Below are positions 20,817 to 26,209 of a DNA stretch of 26,209 bases, piece after piece. Source of the stretch: Tubiluchus corallicola (taxonomy: Eukaryota > Animalia > Priapulida). The notes under the pieces are model-generated. The model ran no database searches. It was not told the DNA's origin and worked only from the letters and a program-made list of their open reading frames with translations. The translations under genes and the position numbers were made by a program. The DNA is taken from the NCBI GenBank assembly GCA_030141605.1, contig JAQGDQ010001767.1, positions 1 to 26,209 of the forward strand. Reading direction: 5' to 3'. How positions within the stretch are numbered: the first letter of the stretch is position 1; the number at the start of each line of letters is the position of its first letter.

Positions 20817-23404
20817 TTTACGGCTCTATCAAATATCAAGTTTACAATCCTGGGTAACAGCACCAGAACTAAAGTGTTATGGTTATCTGCAACTCACAAG
20901 TGTGCATATATCTAGCCAAATAAGCCAATAACCACGAGTTTATCGGTGTATCATATCATCAACTCGAATTTATCATCAATATCATATCATGAACTTAACA
21001 ACGCGCAAAATTAATGCAGAAATTATTTTTGGTCTGCAGCGATCTCTGTTTTCCACGCTTTATCATCATTTATAAAAATTTAATCTTAATTCACATTATC
21101 GCATATACACTCAGGCAGTTGCCATATTTATTCTCAAATAACCTCACAAGCGGGGCACCAAATTGCGTACTCATTTTATTTAATGCAGTTTATTTTCCAG
21201 ACTTTTAATTTTTGAAGGAATTTCCGTGCATTTCTTAATAAACATTGATTTTCATCATATTCTGTAAAACAGTAAAACTCGTTTTTTGTTTTGTCTAGTT
21301 AAAAGACAAAAAGAAATGACATTTACACAGTACAAGGAGTTAGTGTTTAGTTTGCCTATGTTCGAATTTGACCGCGGGTAAAATAAAACATCTTCTCTCG
21401 ATACAGATAAGATTTGCTCACGCAAACATCCCGATATAAAGTGTTGCAAAACTCTTATTGACGATTGAAAATGAACTTGTAATTGGTGATGACGACAACC
21501 ACAATAATGTTAATGATTTTGCAATTGAGCAACAACTATAGGGTTGTTAGGAAATGTGTGAAAAAATCCAAAAGCAAATAGAAACTGAAAAATACCTGAA
21601 AAAGAACATTTAGTTTTGAATGCGGAATGCAATTTTAATGAGTATTTATTTATTATATTGAAAAAGCACTTTTAAAACATGATGAATAACATGCTACGTA
21701 ATGATCATATGAATATGATATGATATAATATTGATATGATACTGAAAATGATCATATAATTGAAAATGAGGCCTAATGAATGACAACTTATTTTCTAATC
21801 ATTGAACTTTTCATTAAATAACTAATATAACTAACAGGAAGATTAAGTAATATTTGCTGTATTAGTAATTGTTTAGTTTATATTTAGTGTCATTATAATA
21901 TTTTCAAAGTTGAAATTGTATGTATGTCTTGTTTTTTCGTCTATTTTATGCATTTTTGACACTAATAAATAAATACCTTAAAAATATCTTTAATAACTGA
22001 TGTTGTCATCAATTACTTCCCAGACGACACAGCAACCCGCAACCCCTCCGGGAGGAAAGGGATACAATCACAGCAGTTTCTCAAAGGCATTATGATTTAT
22101 TTCTTTAAGAAATTGTTCATTTTTTTTATTTTTGGAAATAATAGTGGTATGCTAGACTGTAAAAAATGCTTTAGTTCACAAAGTGTTGTGGAGATCTGGA
22201 ATATTCTATAGTATTGTAGAACAATCTTCTTACCTTGTAGAAGATTCGAGAACTTTCTATTTCTGGATTGTTCATTTGCACTGATACATAAGGCGGAACT
22301 GGCCGCTCGAGTTTATTCTCGTATTCTCAGATTCTCACACTTTCATTTACATGTTTCCAGATTATCACATTTACTGTACACATTTCGCGTTCCTCCATAC
22401 TTTTGTGTTGTAGAATTCTCGCATAATAAACTAGTTTAATTTGACGACGTGTTTTCTGGTTTTCTCTACGAGCCTTCCAAGAGAAACAAAACACAACACA
22501 GACATAAAGGAAGTAAAACAAATCGCAAACTTAAATAAACAATGCGTGCAGAAACACGTCCTACAAATTCAGGGCTCCTTTTAAGCTTAGTTGATTGGAA
22601 AATATCATAATCTTTAACAAACACGTCTACATATGTATATCACAGTGTTAATTGAACACATTAATTCTTAGCAAAATTAATTCTTACCTCAATTTAGAAT
22701 CACGCATTGTTGAAATTATATGCACGTAGTTAATTAACAATTTCTTAGCTTCTACGTTTCCGCCTTTGTTTAAAAATAAAAATTTATCCATATCCCACAT
22801 GGATAGGAATTTTAGATATTTGATTTAAAAGCGCAGTCCTTTCTTGACAATAAACATTTGCATTGCATACTAAAGTGAAATTCATCTTCCGTGCTCCTAT
22901 TCTTACATAAAGTACATTTTCTCATATCAACAGGAGTTTAAGGTCTGGTACAACTACTAGTTTCAATTTGAAATCTATGCGTGCTAACACGGAATTTTGT
23001 GCAGGTTTCCTTATATAATATATAATAATCTTTATTTGCCATAAAAAAACCATCGTAGTGATAGCTTACATTGGTTTTCTTTCTAGTGAACGTTTATAGA
23101 ACTTACAGTTTGAATTGTTTGGTAATGTTGTTTATGTGATTTCCAAGGGAATTTGTAAATGAGAGTTGTTCTAATGTGCTGCCGCTTAGCGGCCAAATCC
23201 GTTAATATAGTTTTGCCGTTTTACCGTCTATATCTAGGTGGCTTTGTAAAACGTACGCAAGATGTCAGCAGCGTCTCTGTCATAGTCATACTGCACAAGA
23301 CTCATTAAAACTTCGTGATTCTTTTACGATTTTTATATTTTTACCAGAAATGATGCTGTTGCTGTTTACTAATGAAACACGGCGGTTTATCAAATGTAAT
23401 TTAC

Positions 23405-23479
23405 GAATTATGGTGGGGGTAATTTTTTACCCCCGGTTTCGAAAATCGGTTGTAAAAATCGTGACCCTACAAGGGTTAA
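23405..23479. mobile_element. piggyBac-like right terminus remnant
   Basis: Ends AGGG-TTAA (23472-23479), preceded by the subterminal palindrome GGGGGTAA-TTTT-TTACCCCC (23415-23434). No left TTAACCCT end found. Confidence 0.4.
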
Positions 23480-23825
23480 GCAAAACGTACCTTTTCATAA
23501 TCGAACCCAGCTATAGATAAACAAATAAGCACCTAGCATTTAAAAAATACAAAAAGTTCTTATCCAGAAACAGTTAACATATAAATTCTTGACACACATA
23601 CTAACATTACCTGGGTAAATATAAAAACACTGAAAATAGTGCCAGCTGTTACACTATGAGAAATCTTATTTTCGCGTGTTAGTTAGGCAACATGTGACCC
23701 GGCAACAGTTCTATACAAAAATTACAATTACACTGTCAAAATTGCACAAACTGTCAGACCACTCATTTCCATTCCCTGACTTCTGCATGATTATTGGTTT
23801 CTTAAATTATCCACTATATAATCAA

Positions 23826-24436
<611 letters not shown>

Positions 24437-24730
24437 TGTATTTAATTTCTTTTAGTAGTATGTCATTTAGTAGATACGTTATTTAACATGGCGGTCAACC
24501 GTAGAAAAGTTCCTTATTACTTTTAGGAAATCGTTCTCTCTAGTAAAAGTTAAAACATTGAATACGTCAACTATGTCTAATTGTACAGGCTTTGCATTGA
24601 CGTCATTTTGAGGTGTTGCTCCATTGATTTATTATTTACATTATTCCAGTAGGTGATCTGACACATAACAATGGTTCTTGAAATAACAATACAATTTAGG
24701 GCTACAAAATAATAATATAGCTAAAAGTCG

Positions 24731-25633
<903 letters not shown>

Positions 25634-26209
25634 AAATAACAAATAAATAAACAAATAAATAAATAAATGAATGTCTACGAGGTTAGAAAACGAATAAAAC
25701 GATTTTTCAACTGTGCCAACGACCAATATAAATCAAATATTTAACATTTAGAAACGGATTGAAACCTAAATTGAAAACCCAATTCGTAGGATTCGATTAG
25801 TCAAACCGACTAACTGAGTTAAATGACGAAGAATAGTGACCAGTGGTCAGCTCTGTCAATGATGAATACATAAACGTGTTCAACTTCTCTATCCTCCTAA
25901 TGTCGTTGAATATTTTTTGCACTCTTGCGAATTGCAAGCAGCCTGAAATGCGTAAATGCACCAACAGATGGCAGCACGTGATTGTAATTTCAATCTATCG
26001 TAAACCAAGGTTGAGCTAAACATGCAGTTTTGTAATGTCAAATGTATAAATAGTGTAAATTTAATGAGTGAAATTTATGTAATGTAAAGCATGTTTCTGT
26101 TAATTGTGTCATGTCAAATATACATATAGTTTAAAATATGTCATGTAAATTTTAATATACTTTTGTAATATTGTTTTGTAAAAATATTTTAATATGGTGT
26201 TTGTAAATA

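Overview
AT-rich, repeat-dense animal (probably invertebrate) genomic DNA with two convergent protein-coding genes. (1) On the + strand is a spliced midnolin (MIDN) orthologue that the ORF track shows only in fragments. Four exons (7733-8086, 12195-12297, 13079-13270, 15146-15369) join in frame through GT-AG introns into 290 aa covering Catch1, an S/P-rich linker, Catch2 and the C-terminal basic helix. I found no ubiquitin-like-domain exon, so it probably lies upstream of the window. (2) On the - strand is a complete CDKAL1 tRNA methylthiotransferase (19104-20816) whose CDS has no introns. The midnolin introns contain a cluster of 3 CREs plus a CArG box, a candidate 6-nt microexon or recursive splice point, an inverted pair of degenerate Penelope-type hammerhead ribozymes, several MITEs (Kolobok-like TTAA, TA-flanked, hAT-like), LINE/hAT/Penelope coding remnants, and many tandem arrays, two with higher-order structure. 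The right end has large (GAAA)n and (CT)n tracts. Most other ORFs in the track are repeat artefacts. All calls come from reading the sequence and from remembered family motifs; no searches were run.
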